Positions 29,730-39,924 are shown, counted from the whole stretch's first letter. The stretch: 62,741 bases of DNA, filler included, from 5 parts of 5 records of this genome joined end to end with filler, not necessarily neighbours in it, one strand, 5' to 3'. Notes: generated by a model from the letters alone, not told the origin. Numbers and translations: made by a program.

Positions 29730-30880
29730 AGATCACCTCGATTACTGCGCGGGCCGTGGACTGCGGCTTCAATTCCCAGAAGTTGCAAACCAGCCGCGTC
29801 GCCTCGCCCATGTCCCGCTTCGCGCGTTTCGCCGAGAGCCGCGCAAGCTGGATGTGGCCCACGAAAAAGGTCTTCGTCCGGGTGACGGGCGAAGACGGCA
29901 CCACCGGCTGGGGCTGCACCAATGGCGGCGAGATTGTCGAGATGATCGTGAACGCGCATCTCGCCCGGCTGCTAATGGGCGAGGACCTGGGCGACCTTGC
30001 GCTGCTCAATGACCAGATGGCGGCCTCGCTCCTGCCCAACGACCGGTCCGGTTTCGCGATGATGGCGGTGGCGGGCGTGGATATCGCGCTTTGGGACCTC
30101 ACTGCCAAGGCGGAGGATAAACCGCTGGTGGACCTCCTCGGCGGCGCGGGGGGTCACGACCTCCCGGTCTACATGACAACCCCGCGCCCCGAGGCTTTTG
30201 CAAATGGGCCGTACCACGGGCTGAAAGCCGCCGCTCCTTATGGGCCCGAATCGGGGGAAGAGGGCCTGAATGCCAATGTTGCCTTGATGCGCCGTTTTGC
30301 AGAGGCGGCGGGCGAGGCCGTGCCGATCATGATCGACAGCTTCCTTGCTTGGGATGCGGATTACACCCTGCGCTTTGCCGAAGCCGTGGCCGATCTGAAC
30401 GTTACATGGATCGAAGACCCGATCCATCCGCAGGACATAGAAGGATTGCAGAAGATCCGCCGCGAGATGGACCCCGGAATTGCGCTAGCGCTTGGTAACT
30501 TCGCTTTTTCCCGCGCCGATTGCGCCGATCTCTTGCGTGCTGACGTGGTGGGCGTGCTGCAACCGGATGTGGCCTGGGCCGGCGGCATCACCGAAGCGCT
30601 GCGCATCCTCGATATGGCCCAAACCGCGGACGTTCCGGTGATCCTGCACAACACTTGCGAACAGCCTTGGGCGCTGGCCCTGGCCGCGGCCCGGCAGATC
30701 GATGCTCTGGTCGAATGTGTCGACCGGGGCGAGACCTCGACCCTTTACGAGTTGATGGCACCGCGCCCAGACCTTTCCACCGGACGCGTCGCCACCCCTC
30801 GGGATCCGCAGGGCAACCGCCCGCCGGCATTCGTGCTGGAGGCCTTCGGCCCCGCCACACCTGACACCAAGGAAGCATAG
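29726..30880 (+). CDS. Enolase-superfamily (mandelate racemase subgroup) acid-sugar dehydratase, RhmD-like but divergent
   Basis: [61 protein letters not shown]. Confidence 0.8.
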   Translation: MKITSITARAVDCGFNSQKLQTSRVASPMSRFARFAESRASWMWPTKKVFVRVTGEDGTTGWGCTNGGEIVEMIVNAHLARLLMGEDLGDLALLNDQMAASLLPNDRSGFAMMAVAGVDIALWDLTAKAEDKPLVDLLGGAGGHDLPVYMTTPRPEAFANGPYHGLKAAAPYGPESGEEGLNANVALMRRFAEAAGEAVPIMIDSFLAWDADYTLRFAEAVADLNVTWIEDPIHPQDIEGLQKIRREMDPGIALALGNFAFSRADCADLLRADVVGVLQPDVAWAGGITEALRILDMAQTADVPVILHNTCEQPWALALAAARQIDALVECVDRGETSTLYELMAPRPDLSTGRVATPRDPQGNRPPAFVLEAFGPATPDTKEA

Positions 30881-30884
30881 ACCC

Positions 30885-31136
30885 ATGGGCTCAGTCGCAC
30901 TCAGAAACATCCGCAAGTCCTACGGCGCCCTTGAGGTGCTTCATGGTATCGACCTAGACATCAAAGAGGGTGAGTTCACCGTCCTCGTTGGTCCCTCGGG
31001 CTGTGGCAAATCCACCTTGCTACGCACCATTGCCGGGCTTGAGACTATCTCCGGCGGCGACATCGCCATTGACGACCGGGTGATCAACGCGCTGGTCCCG
31101 AAAGAGCGCGACATCGCCATGGTGTTCCAGAACTAC
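30885..31136 (+). CDS. MalK/UgpC-type ABC ATPase, 3'-truncated at contig end
   Basis: [27 protein letters not shown]. Confidence 0.92.
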
Positions 31137-31236
31137 NNNNNNNNNNNNNNNNNNNNNNNNNNNNNNNNNNNNNNNNNNNNTTAATTAATTAANNNNNNNN
31201 NNNNNNNNNNNNNNNNNNNNNNNNNNNNNNNNNNNN
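31137..31236. other. Artificial contig linker
   Basis: N-run + TTAATTAATTAA + N-run. Confidence 0.98.
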
Positions 31237-31237
31237 C

Positions 31238-32059
31238 TATGCGCTGAACCCCGATATCAAGGTGATTGCGCCCTGGCGCCTGTGGGATCTGACCAGCCGC
31301 ACGCGGCTGATCGATTTTGCCGAGAAAAATCAAATTCCGATCGCCCGCGACAAACGCGGCGAGGCGCCTTTTTCGGTAGATGCCAACCTGCTGCACACCT
31401 CGTCTGAGGGCAAAGTGCTGGAAGACCCCGCACAAGAGGCGCCCGATTACGTGTATCAGCGCACGGTCAACCCCGAAGATGCCCCAGACCAGCCCGAAGT
31501 GATCGAAATTACCTTTGAACAGGGCGATGCGGTGGCCATCAATGGTGTGGCCATGTCGCCCGCCACAATCCTGACCCAGCTTAACGAATATGGGCGCAAA
31601 CATGGCATTGGCCGGCTGGATTTTGTGGAAAACCGCTTTGTTGGTATGAAATCGCGCGGCATTTACGAAACCCCCGGCGGCACCATCTTGCTAGAGGCGC
31701 ATCGCGGTATCGAGCAAATCACGCTGGACAGCGGCGCAGGCCATCTGAAAGATTCGATCATGCCCCGCTATGCCGAGCTGATTTATAACGGTTTCTGGTT
31801 CAGCCCCGAACGCGAGATGCTGCAAGCGCTGATCGACAAAAGCCAAGAGCATGTCACAGGCACTGTGCGCCTGAAACTGTACAAGGGCATGGCCCGCACG
31901 ATTGGCCGCTGGTCAGACCACAGCCTGTATTCCGAGGCGCATGTGACCTTCGAAGAAGATGCCGGCGCCTATGATCAAAAAGATGCGCAAGGTTTCATTC
32001 AGCTGAATGCACTGCGCCTGAAACTGTTGGCTGCGCGCAATCGCCGCCTGAAAGGCTAA
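31238..32059 (+). CDS. argG: Argininosuccinate synthase, 5'-truncated
   Basis: [57 protein letters not shown]. Confidence 0.96.
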   Translation, partial: YALNPDIKVIAPWRLWDLTSRTRLIDFAEKNQIPIARDKRGEAPFSVDANLLHTSSEGKVLEDPAQEAPDYVYQRTVNPEDAPDQPEVIEITFEQGDAVAINGVAMSPATILTQLNEYGRKHGIGRLDFVENRFVGMKSRGIYETPGGTILLEAHRGIEQITLDSGAGHLKDSIMPRYAELIYNGFWFSPEREMLQALIDKSQEHVTGTVRLKLYKGMARTIGRWSDHSLYSEAHVTFEEDAGAYDQKDAQGFIQLNALRLKLLAARNRRLKG

Positions 32060-32076
32060 GGGCACTTAGCGTGTGT

Positions 32077-32112
32077 AAAACCCGCCTTGGCATGGCCAAA
32101 GGCGGGTCTTTT
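32077..32112. terminator. Bidirectional Rho-independent terminator between convergent genes
   Basis: AAAACCCGCCTTGGC-ATG-GCCAAAGGCGGGTCTTTT hairpin with A- and T-tracts on either side. Confidence 0.75.
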
Positions 32113-32116
32113 GTCT

Positions 32117-32821
32117 CTAACACTGCAGTTTTTGCGCAGCCAGCGCGTGGTAATAGGGCAGCGCGGCCTGCGCCAAAGCTGCATTTTCCCCCTCTAACGC
32201 GGGCATTGGCCCCTCGGCTCCGGCAAACCCGGTGGATTTGTGCACCTGGTGATACCAATGCGCCGCCCAAACACCATCAAAGCTGCGCGGCCCTGCGGGC
32301 CAAACCAGCATGTTAGGGTCGAATGCCAGGCCAATTTCAGCGCAAAGCGCCTGTATCATGCCGCCCGGGTTTTCGCGAATGTCGGCACTATCCAGCACGG
32401 GGCCAGGAAAGCGCCGAAAAAACGCCACCTGCTGGGCAAAGCCAATATCAGCCAGGGTTGGGTTTTCGCGTTTGGCCGAATAGCTGGCCACCACCCGCGC
32501 AGGATGGCGGATAAGGTGCACATTCACGCAGCTATCGGCCCAATCCAACGGAAATTGCGGCAGCATATGTAGCGGCATATGCTTCATGTAAAAATGCGCT
32601 TTGTCCCCTGGAATAGGGCCTAAACAGCGCTGCGCCACGATTTCAGGGTTTGTTTCATGCTGGGCCAAAATTTCAGCGGCCATGGGGTGCGCCAGCCCGG
32701 TTTCGGCCAGGTATGGGGCGTAAAACGGCTCGTCCCAGGCCGCGCAATCGGCGCGGTTGGCAAAAGCATACATCATGGCCGTTGAAATATTTCTGGGGCC
32801 AGACCACATAGCGATCCGCAT
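32117..32821 (-). CDS. Sulfotransferase-like P-loop protein (aminotransferase-IV-associated family)
   Basis: MRIAMWSGPRNISTAMMYAF, DEPFY, KHM, LIRHP..V..SY, DGVWAAHWY..V..STGF. Confidence 0.8.
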   Translation of the reverse strand: MRIAMWSGPRNISTAMMYAFANRADCAAWDEPFYAPYLAETGLAHPMAAEILAQHETNPEIVAQRCLGPIPGDKAHFYMKHMPLHMLPQFPLDWADSCVNVHLIRHPARVVASYSAKRENPTLADIGFAQQVAFFRRFPGPVLDSADIRENPGGMIQALCAEIGLAFDPNMLVWPAGPRSFDGVWAAHWYHQVHKSTGFAGAEGPMPALEGENAALAQAALPYYHALAAQKLQC

Positions 32822-32843
32822 ATTTTCGTCCTTTTTTGCCGTA

Positions 32844-33752
32844 TCAGGCGCAGCTGCGCGCGACGAGATCTTTGTAAAGCGCGCGCAACCGTTCGGTGAC
32901 AGGGCCCATGGCACCGGTGCCAATCTGGCGCCCGTCGATTTCAGAAACCGGGGTTTGCGCGCCAAAAGTGCCGGTTAAAAACGCCTCGTCAGCGCCATAG
33001 GTATCAACCAGGCTGAAATTACGCTCGAACACCGGAATGTCGTTTGCGCGGCACAGATCGATCACTTTTTGCCGGGTGATACCATTCATGCAGTAATCGC
33101 CCGTGCTGGTCCAAACCTGGCCCTTGCGCACAATAAAGAAATTGCAGGCGTTGGTGGTATTCACAAAGCCATGCACATCTAACATCAGCGCCTCGTCAGC
33201 GCCGGCCTTTTCAGCGGCGATACAGGCCAGAATGCAATTCAGCTTGGAGTGGCTATTCAGCTTAGGGTCTTGGGTCATGGGCAGCCCGCGCAGATGCGGC
33301 ACTGTGGCCAGGCGAATGGGCCGCGGAATTTTGGGCCGGGAATGTTCGCAGATAATCGCCACCGTCGGCCCAGAGCGCGACAGCGAGGGGTGCTGAAAGG
33401 GCCGCATCTTTACGCCACGCGTCACCATCAGGCGGGCATGGGCATCGGTGTGCATGCCATTGGCGTGGCGCGTGTCTTCCAGTGCTTTTACCACCTGGTC
33501 ACGGGTAAGCCCAATATCCAGATCAATGGCTTTGGCCGCTTCAAACAGCCGGTCCATATGTTCGTCTAAAAACGCCCATGTGCCGTTATACAGGCGCAGC
33601 CCCTCCCACACGCCATCGCCCAGCATGAAACCGCTGTCATACACGCTGACCATGGCCTGTGCCTTTGGCACAACGCGGCCATTCAGCCAGATCTGAATAT
33701 CTTCGTTTCGCGCGTCGTCTTCGGCTTGGTGGGTGGTTACGTGATCGGTCAT
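32844..33752 (-). CDS. Class IV PLP aminotransferase (BCAA/D-amino-acid-like)
   Basis: SVYDSGFMLGDGVWEGLR, HSKLN, ADEALML, GITR, ADEAFLTGT. Confidence 0.9.
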   Translation of the reverse strand: MTDHVTTHQAEDDARNEDIQIWLNGRVVPKAQAMVSVYDSGFMLGDGVWEGLRLYNGTWAFLDEHMDRLFEAAKAIDLDIGLTRDQVVKALEDTRHANGMHTDAHARLMVTRGVKMRPFQHPSLSRSGPTVAIICEHSRPKIPRPIRLATVPHLRGLPMTQDPKLNSHSKLNCILACIAAEKAGADEALMLDVHGFVNTTNACNFFIVRKGQVWTSTGDYCMNGITRQKVIDLCRANDIPVFERNFSLVDTYGADEAFLTGTFGAQTPVSEIDGRQIGTGAMGPVTERLRALYKDLVARSCA

Positions 33753-33903
33753 GGGGCGCTCCGGTATTTTCGGGCGAGGCTAACGGGAAACCGTGGCGGG
33801 GGGAAGATGCTCACCTCTGCTCAAGCTTGCGTGACAAATCATGTCAGCAACTGGCCAAACCGCGCCCTGCAACGCATGCTGGGCTAAATACCGGAGGGGA
33901 AAA

Positions 33904-34566
33904 ATGCGCCGCACCATCGATAGATTGAAAACCATCACGCTGATCTTGGCTATGGCTCTGGGGTTTTGGGTGCAAGGCCCACGCGCCCATGCCGAGCCCC
34001 TCGAAACATTGGTTGTGGCGGGCGGCTGTTTTTGGTGCGTCGAGGCCGATTTTGAAAAACTGCCCGGCGTTTTGGGGGTGGTGTCTGGCTATACCGGGGG
34101 GCAGCTGGCCAACCCCAGCTATAAGCAGGTGACAGCAGGCGGCACTGGCCATTACGAGGCGGTCGAAATCACATTCGACACTGCACAAATCAGCCGGCGG
34201 CAGCTGCTGGATATGTTCCTGCGCTCGATCGACCCAACAGATGATGGCGGGCAGTTCTGTGACCGGGGCGCCAGCTACCGCAGTGCCATTTTTGTGGCCA
34301 GCCCGGCCCAGCGGCAAATGGCACAGCAAGCCCTTGCTGCGGCAGAAAGCGCGCTTAGGGTAAAACTGGTGACACCGGTTTTGCCGGCAAGCCAGTTTTG
34401 GCCAGCCGAGGCATATCACCAAGATTATTACAAAGGTCAAAAACTGGTGTTAACACGGTTTGGCCCCTTGCGGCAGGCCAAAGCATATGAACGTTACCGC
34501 CAGTCGTGCGGGCGCGACCAGCGGGTAAAGGCACTGTGGGGCAGTGCCGCGGCTTTTGCAAAATAG
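33904..34566 (+). CDS. msrA: Exported peptide-methionine (S)-sulfoxide reductase
   Basis: Signal peptide, AGGCFWCVE, SGYTGG, GHYEAV, GQFCDRG, AEAYHQDYY. Confidence 0.92.
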   Translation: MRRTIDRLKTITLILAMALGFWVQGPRAHAEPLETLVVAGGCFWCVEADFEKLPGVLGVVSGYTGGQLANPSYKQVTAGGTGHYEAVEITFDTAQISRRQLLDMFLRSIDPTDDGGQFCDRGASYRSAIFVASPAQRQMAQQALAAAESALRVKLVTPVLPASQFWPAEAYHQDYYKGQKLVLTRFGPLRQAKAYERYRQSCGRDQRVKALWGSAAAFAK

Positions 34567-34569
34567 CGC

Positions 34570-35178
34570 CTAAATCAGGCAGCGGTCACGCGCAATCATG
34601 GCGGCATGGGTGCGGTTACGCGCGCCCAATTTGCGGCTTAGGGTTTTGACGTGCATTTTCACCGTCACTTCCTGCAAGCTGCAATCGCGGGCAATTTCCT
34701 TGTTGGATTTGCCATCGCAGATGCCGCGCAGCACCTCTAATTCGCGGGGCGATAGCGGGCCGGTGTGATCTTCGGGTTTTTTGCGCATAAATTCCAGCGG
34801 GGCATAAACCTCGCCCGCCACCATGAACCGTGCGGCTGTAACCAGCGAACGCGCGCCTAGGGTTTTTGGAATAAACCCCTGCGCGCCGTTTTTCAGCGCA
34901 GCTTCCGCCACCTCGCGCGATGCGGCACCAGATAGAATGGCAACAGCCTTTTCGGCATTTGCCCGCTTCATGCGCTGCAGGCCCTCCAGGCCATTCATGC
35001 CCGGCATGTCATAATCAAGAAGCACCAGATCATAGGCGCCGTTCTGTTCGGCTGCGGCAATGGCCTCTTCCAGATTGGCGACGGTTTTCACCTCGTCGAT
35101 ATCGGATTCTTTCAAAAAAGCCGCGATCGTTTCACGCACAAGGTCGTGATCGTCGGCTACGAGAATTTTTATGCTCAT
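34570..35178 (-). CDS. NarL/LuxR-family response regulator
   Basis: LVADDH, LLDYDMPGMNG, GFIPK; LSPRELEVL..G.SNKEIA...TVKMHV. Confidence 0.92.
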   Translation of the reverse strand: MSIKILVADDHDLVRETIAAFLKESDIDEVKTVANLEEAIAAAEQNGAYDLVLLDYDMPGMNGLEGLQRMKRANAEKAVAILSGAASREVAEAALKNGAQGFIPKTLGARSLVTAARFMVAGEVYAPLEFMRKKPEDHTGPLSPRELEVLRGICDGKSNKEIARDCSLQEVTVKMHVKTLSRKLGARNRTHAAMIARDRCLI

Positions 35179-35456
35179 CGTCGCTTCCCGGATGGCCCAG
35201 CTGCGCAAAGGATGGCAGTGGCGCTTTAGTTATTTCGCGGTAACATACCCAAGAATGGGCAATCCCTGAAAGCATAGCGTATCGGTGAAATTCTTTGGTT
35301 TAAATGTCTCATATGGGCACTAGATGACGGATTGCCCACAAACATACCCGTTTGGATATATATCAATACCCTTATTTCCCATTTCTCTCACACTTAGCCC
35401 TTAGATTTTAGATACTTTGGTTTATTATGCACACCCAATAGGTTTCGGAGGTGCTC

Positions 35457-35981
35457 ATGAGATTTTTTTCTGTCTTGATCCAGCGGTGCGCTATGCTGTG
35501 CATATCGGCGCTGTGCATTGCAGGGGCGGCCACCGCGCAGCCGCTGCCAAACCCGACGGGCGAGGTTATTTTAACGGTCGCAGGCCCAATATCGGGCCAA
35601 AACAGTGGTGATCTGGCGGTATTCGATCAGGCTATGCTGGCCGAAATTGGCACGAAAACCATCGAAACCTCTACCATTTGGACCGAAGGCCTACGCAGCT
35701 TTACCGGCACGCCAATGGCCGCATTACTGCAGCGTTTGGGCATCACCAGCGGCACAATCCAGGCCAGCGCCATTAACGATTACACCGTGGAAATCCCAGT
35801 GGCCGACCTGCTAGAGGGGCACGCGCTGTTGGCCTGGCATCTGGATGGGCAGCCAATGTCGGTGCGCCAAAAGGGGCCATTGTGGATCGTTTACCCCTAT
35901 GACAGCGATAATCGCTTTCAGTCCGAGATTTATTTTTCACGTAGCATCTGGCAGCTGGCGCGCCTTACACTGGTTCCATAA
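35457..35981 (+). CDS. Periplasmic protein, oxidoreductase molybdopterin-binding-like fold (COG3915-like)
   Basis: Signal peptide, ILTVAG.I, T.T.WT.G...FTG, AINDY.V.IP, DG..MSVRQKGPLWIVYPYD, SIWQL; GGAGG RBS. Confidence 0.75.
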   Translation: MRFFSVLIQRCAMLCISALCIAGAATAQPLPNPTGEVILTVAGPISGQNSGDLAVFDQAMLAEIGTKTIETSTIWTEGLRSFTGTPMAALLQRLGITSGTIQASAINDYTVEIPVADLLEGHALLAWHLDGQPMSVRQKGPLWIVYPYDSDNRFQSEIYFSRSIWQLARLTLVP

Positions 35982-36004
35982 CCACCAACACCGGGCAGGC
36001 GAAG

Positions 36005-38602
36005 ATGGTGCGTAACATTGCCAACTTGGCCGTTCGGGGCAACAGGCGGTTTTGGCCTTTGACCGCGGCCGTTTTGGCGCTGCTGCTGACGATTTTGTAT
36101 TTTGCCGCCGATGTGCGCAACCAGATCAACCAGCTTTCGAAAGACCCAAACGACAACGTGCAATGGGTGCTTTCACAGCCCGAGATCGAGCTTTTGACAT
36201 TGGCCGCTTTGGCGGGCGAAGGGCACCAAAACCCAGCCGCCACCCTGACCGCCGTGCGCCAACGCTTTGATGTGTTCTACAGCCGCATCGCATTGCTAGA
36301 AGAAAGCCCGATCTACGCCGAGCTGCGCGCCAACCCAGAGGTGGCCCGCAATTTGGGCCAGCTGCGCAGCTATCTTGATGCCACCGCACCGCTGATCGAC
36401 GGGCCAGACACAGAATTGCGCGCGGCCTTGCCTGAGGTGCAAGAAAGCGCGCTGCAACATAGGCTGTTTGCCCGCAATATTGCATTGGCAGGCCTGCGCC
36501 TGTTTTCCCGCAAAAGCGATCAACAGCGCCAGGATGTGTATAACACACTGGTGGGCATTGCTATTTTAACCACGGTTTTGGTGCTTATTCTGGGCTTGTT
36601 GGTGGCTGTCTTGTCGCGGCTAGCGGCAAAATCGCGTGCCGACGCCCAAGAAATTGCCCAAACCCGCGACAGGATGCAAAAGATCATCGAAACCAGTTTG
36701 GATGCGGTGATATTATCAGACACGACCGGGCGCATTATCGAATATAACGGCGCCGCCGAACGGGTGTTTGGCTATACCCGCGCCGAGGCGATCAATGGCG
36801 ATATGGCGCAGATGATCATTCCCAAACATCTGCGCCAGCAACATCAGATTGGCATGCAGCGCTATTTATCTGGCAAACGCTCGCGCGTTATTGGGCAGGG
36901 GGTGCTGAACCTGACCGCCATGCATAAATCGGGGCGCGAATTTCCTGTGGAAATGGTGCTAGACCTTGCCAAAACCGCCCAAGGCGATGTGTTTATTGGC
37001 CTGATCCGCGACATTTCAGAACGGATGAGCGCCCAGGCCGAACTGACCCAGGCGCGCGACCGCGCCATCGCGGGGGAAAAATCGAAAGCTGAATTGCTGG
37101 CAGTGATGAGTCACGAGATGCGCACGCCCTTAAACGGCATTTTGGGCACGCTCGAGCTGATCAACCCCAGCACCACCGATGCAGAAACCAACCGCTACCT
37201 GCAGGTTATTCGGAAATCCAGCCATGTTTTGCTGACCCATATCAACGATGTGTTGGATGTGTCGCGGCTGGATGCGGGCAAAATGCCCATGCTTAAGCGG
37301 GCTTTTGATCTGGTCGCGCTGTTGCATGAAATCGCCGACAGCCAATCTGGCCGCGCGCGCGAAAATGGCAATATCGTGGTGGTGAACACACCGCCCAATG
37401 GCATGAATGCGCTGTATTCCGACCCCGATCGCCTGCGCCAGGTTCTGCTGAACCTTGTCAGCAACGCCATCAAATTCACCCGCAACGGCCAGGTGACGAT
37501 CGAGGCAGAAACCGGCCCAGATGCGGCCTATGTTGATATTCGCGTCATCGATACCGGCATTGGCATCGGCGATGATGACCTTGATCGCATCTTCGAAGAT
37601 TTCGAAACCATCGATACCTCTTATGGCCGAGCCTCCGAAGGCACCGGGCTGGGGCTTGGCATTGCCAAGCGGCTAACGCAGGCGCTGGGCGGGCATTTGG
37701 ATGCGGTCAGCGAACCGGGGCAAGGCAGCGTATTTTGGGTGCGCTTGCCGCTATCGGCCGATGAGCCCCCCGAAGACCCCCCACAAGCCACGTCAGTCAA
37801 CAGCCCAGCACCCATTATTGCGCAGCCCGGCCTGCGGGTGCTGGTGGTCGAAGACAATGCCGTTAACCGGATGGTGGCCCGCGAAATGCTAGAACGCGAT
37901 GGGCACAGTGTGGTCGAGGCCAATGATGGCAGGGCTGGCATAGACATGGCGCAAGAGCAAAAATTCGATGTGATCTTGATGGATATCTCTATGCCTGAAA
38001 TCGATGGTATGGCCGCCACCCGTGCCATCCGGGCAGGCACCGGGCCCAATGCCCAAACCCCCATCGTTGCCGCCACCGCCCATGCCCTGCCGGGCGAGGC
38101 ACACCGCTTTTTTGATGCCGGCATGGAATATGTGATTACCAAACCGCTATCGCGCGAAACCCTGCGCCAAACGCTTGCCAATGCGGTAACGGGCACCGCC
38201 ATGGCCCCGCCGGGCGCCGATACCATGCCCGGCCAAGATGTGCCCATTCTGGACATGGGGGAATTGGGTCTTTTGGTTCAAGACATGCCCAGCGCCGCCC
38301 TGGCCAAGGCGCTAAAGATGTTTCGCGCCGAAATGAGCGAATTTGTAAATGGCCCGCTGCAACAGCACGCACAGCGCGATGCGCTGGCATTCGAGGCGCA
38401 TCGCATGGCGGGTTCGGCCGGAATTTTCAGCGCCAAGCGGCTAAGCGCCCTGCTAAGCTGGCTAGAGCTGCGCGCGCCCGCAGCCAAAACCGCCGAATTG
38501 CAAAGCTTGGCACAGCAAATTCACAGCTGTTGGCAGATCACCGATAAGGCGATTGCTGATTGCGACGCGCTGCATAGGGTTGTTGGCCAAGACCACAACT
38601 AG
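36005..38602 (+). CDS. Hybrid sensor histidine kinase (2 TM, PAS, HisKA, HATPase, REC, Hpt)
   Basis: NGAAERVFGY (PAS), MSHEMRTPLNG, NLVSNAIKFT, DTGIGI, GTGLGL, VEDN...LMDISMP, AHRMAGSA (Hpt). Confidence 0.92.
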   Translation: MVRNIANLAVRGNRRFWPLTAAVLALLLTILYFAADVRNQINQLSKDPNDNVQWVLSQPEIELLTLAALAGEGHQNPAATLTAVRQRFDVFYSRIALLEESPIYAELRANPEVARNLGQLRSYLDATAPLIDGPDTELRAALPEVQESALQHRLFARNIALAGLRLFSRKSDQQRQDVYNTLVGIAILTTVLVLILGLLVAVLSRLAAKSRADAQEIAQTRDRMQKIIETSLDAVILSDTTGRIIEYNGAAERVFGYTRAEAINGDMAQMIIPKHLRQQHQIGMQRYLSGKRSRVIGQGVLNLTAMHKSGREFPVEMVLDLAKTAQGDVFIGLIRDISERMSAQAELTQARDRAIAGEKSKAELLAVMSHEMRTPLNGILGTLELINPSTTDAETNRYLQVIRKSSHVLLTHINDVLDVSRLDAGKMPMLKRAFDLVALLHEIADSQSGRARENGNIVVVNTPPNGMNALYSDPDRLRQVLLNLVSNAIKFTRNGQVTIEAETGPDAAYVDIRVIDTGIGIGDDDLDRIFEDFETIDTSYGRASEGTGLGLGIAKRLTQALGGHLDAVSEPGQGSVFWVRLPLSADEPPEDPPQATSVNSPAPIIAQPGLRVLVVEDNAVNRMVAREMLERDGHSVVEANDGRAGIDMAQEQKFDVILMDISMPEIDGMAATRAIRAGTGPNAQTPIVAATAHALPGEAHRFFDAGMEYVITKPLSRETLRQTLANAVTGTAMAPPGADTMPGQDVPILDMGELGLLVQDMPSAALAKALKMFRAEMSEFVNGPLQQHAQRDALAFEAHRMAGSAGIFSAKRLSALLSWLELRAPAAKTAELQSLAQQIHSCWQITDKAIADCDALHRVVGQDHN

Positions 38603-38708
38603 ATGCGTGGCCGAGTGTCGCAGATTTTAACTGTATACCTATGTATACTGTTGATGCCGCGCCCCGCTTGGCCTATGAGGGGCGGGACTCAACAAAGGCG
38701 GTTGTCCC

Positions 38709-39824
38709 ATGTCTGATCAGAACACTCCCGATATCATCTATACCAAAGTCGACGAAGCACCCGAGCTGGCATCGGCCTCGTTTTTGCCCATCATCCAGAA
38801 ATTTGCCGGCGCCGCCGGTGTTTCGGTAGGCACCAAAGATATTTCATTGGCCGGCCGCATTCTGGCGGCTTTCCCCGATTACCTGCGCGAAGATCAGCGC
38901 CAAGCCGACGATCTGGCAGAATTGGGCGAGCTGGTGAAAACCCCGCAGGCCAATGTGATCAAGCTGCCCAATATCTCGGCCTCGGTGCCACAGCTGCTGG
39001 CCGCAATCAAAGAGCTGCAGGCGCAGGGCTATGCGCTGCCCGATTACCCCGAAACACCCAGCACAGACACGGAAAAAGACGTGCGCAGCCGCTATGACGC
39101 GCTGAAAGGGTCGGCTGTGAACCCAGTGCTGCGCGAGGGCAATTCCGACCGCCGCGCCGCTAAGGCCGTAAAAAACTATGCCCAGAAAAACCCCCATTCG
39201 ATGGGTGTTTGGGAAAAAACATCGAAAACCAAAGTGTCGTCGATGGCGGGCAATGATTTTTACGCAAACGAGGTTTCCGCCACGCTAACCGCCGCGCAGG
39301 CGGGTGCGGCAAAAATCGAATTTGTGGCTGCTGACGGCAGTGTTACCACCCTGAAACAGGGCTGGAAGCTGATCGAAGGCGAAATCGTGGATGCCACCTT
39401 TATGTCGGTTAAGGCGCTATCGGCGTTTCTGGCCGAACAGATTGCCGCCACAAAGGCCGAAGGCACGCTGTTTTCGCTGCACCTGAAAGCCACGATGATG
39501 AAAGTGTCTGACCCGGTGATTTTTGGCTATGCCGTCAAGGCCTGGCTGGCGCCGGTGTTTGAAAAGCACGGGCCAGCGCTGGCTGCGGCTGGGGTCAACC
39601 CCAACTCGGGCCTTGGCGATGTGCTGGCACGCATTGCCCAAATGGCAAATGGTGCCGAAATTCTGGCCGAGATCGAGGCGCTGAACGCCGATCGCCCGGC
39701 CATGTATATGGTAAATTCCGATCGCGGCATCACCAACCTGCACGTGCCCTCTGACGTGATCATCGATGCCTCGATGCCCGCGCTTATTCGCGCCGGCGGC
39801 AAGGGCTGGGGCCCCGATGGCAAA
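38709..39824 (+). CDS. icd: Monomeric NADP-dependent isocitrate dehydrogenase, 3'-truncated
   Basis: [67 protein letters not shown]. Confidence 0.95.
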
Positions 39825-39924
39825 NNNNNNNNNNNNNNNNNNNNNNNNNNNNNNNNNNNNNNNNNNNNTTAATTAATTAANNNNNNNNNNNNNNNNNNNN
39901 NNNNNNNNNNNNNNNNNNNNNNNN
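39825..39924. other. Artificial contig linker
   Basis: N-run + TTAATTAATTAA + N-run. Confidence 0.98.
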
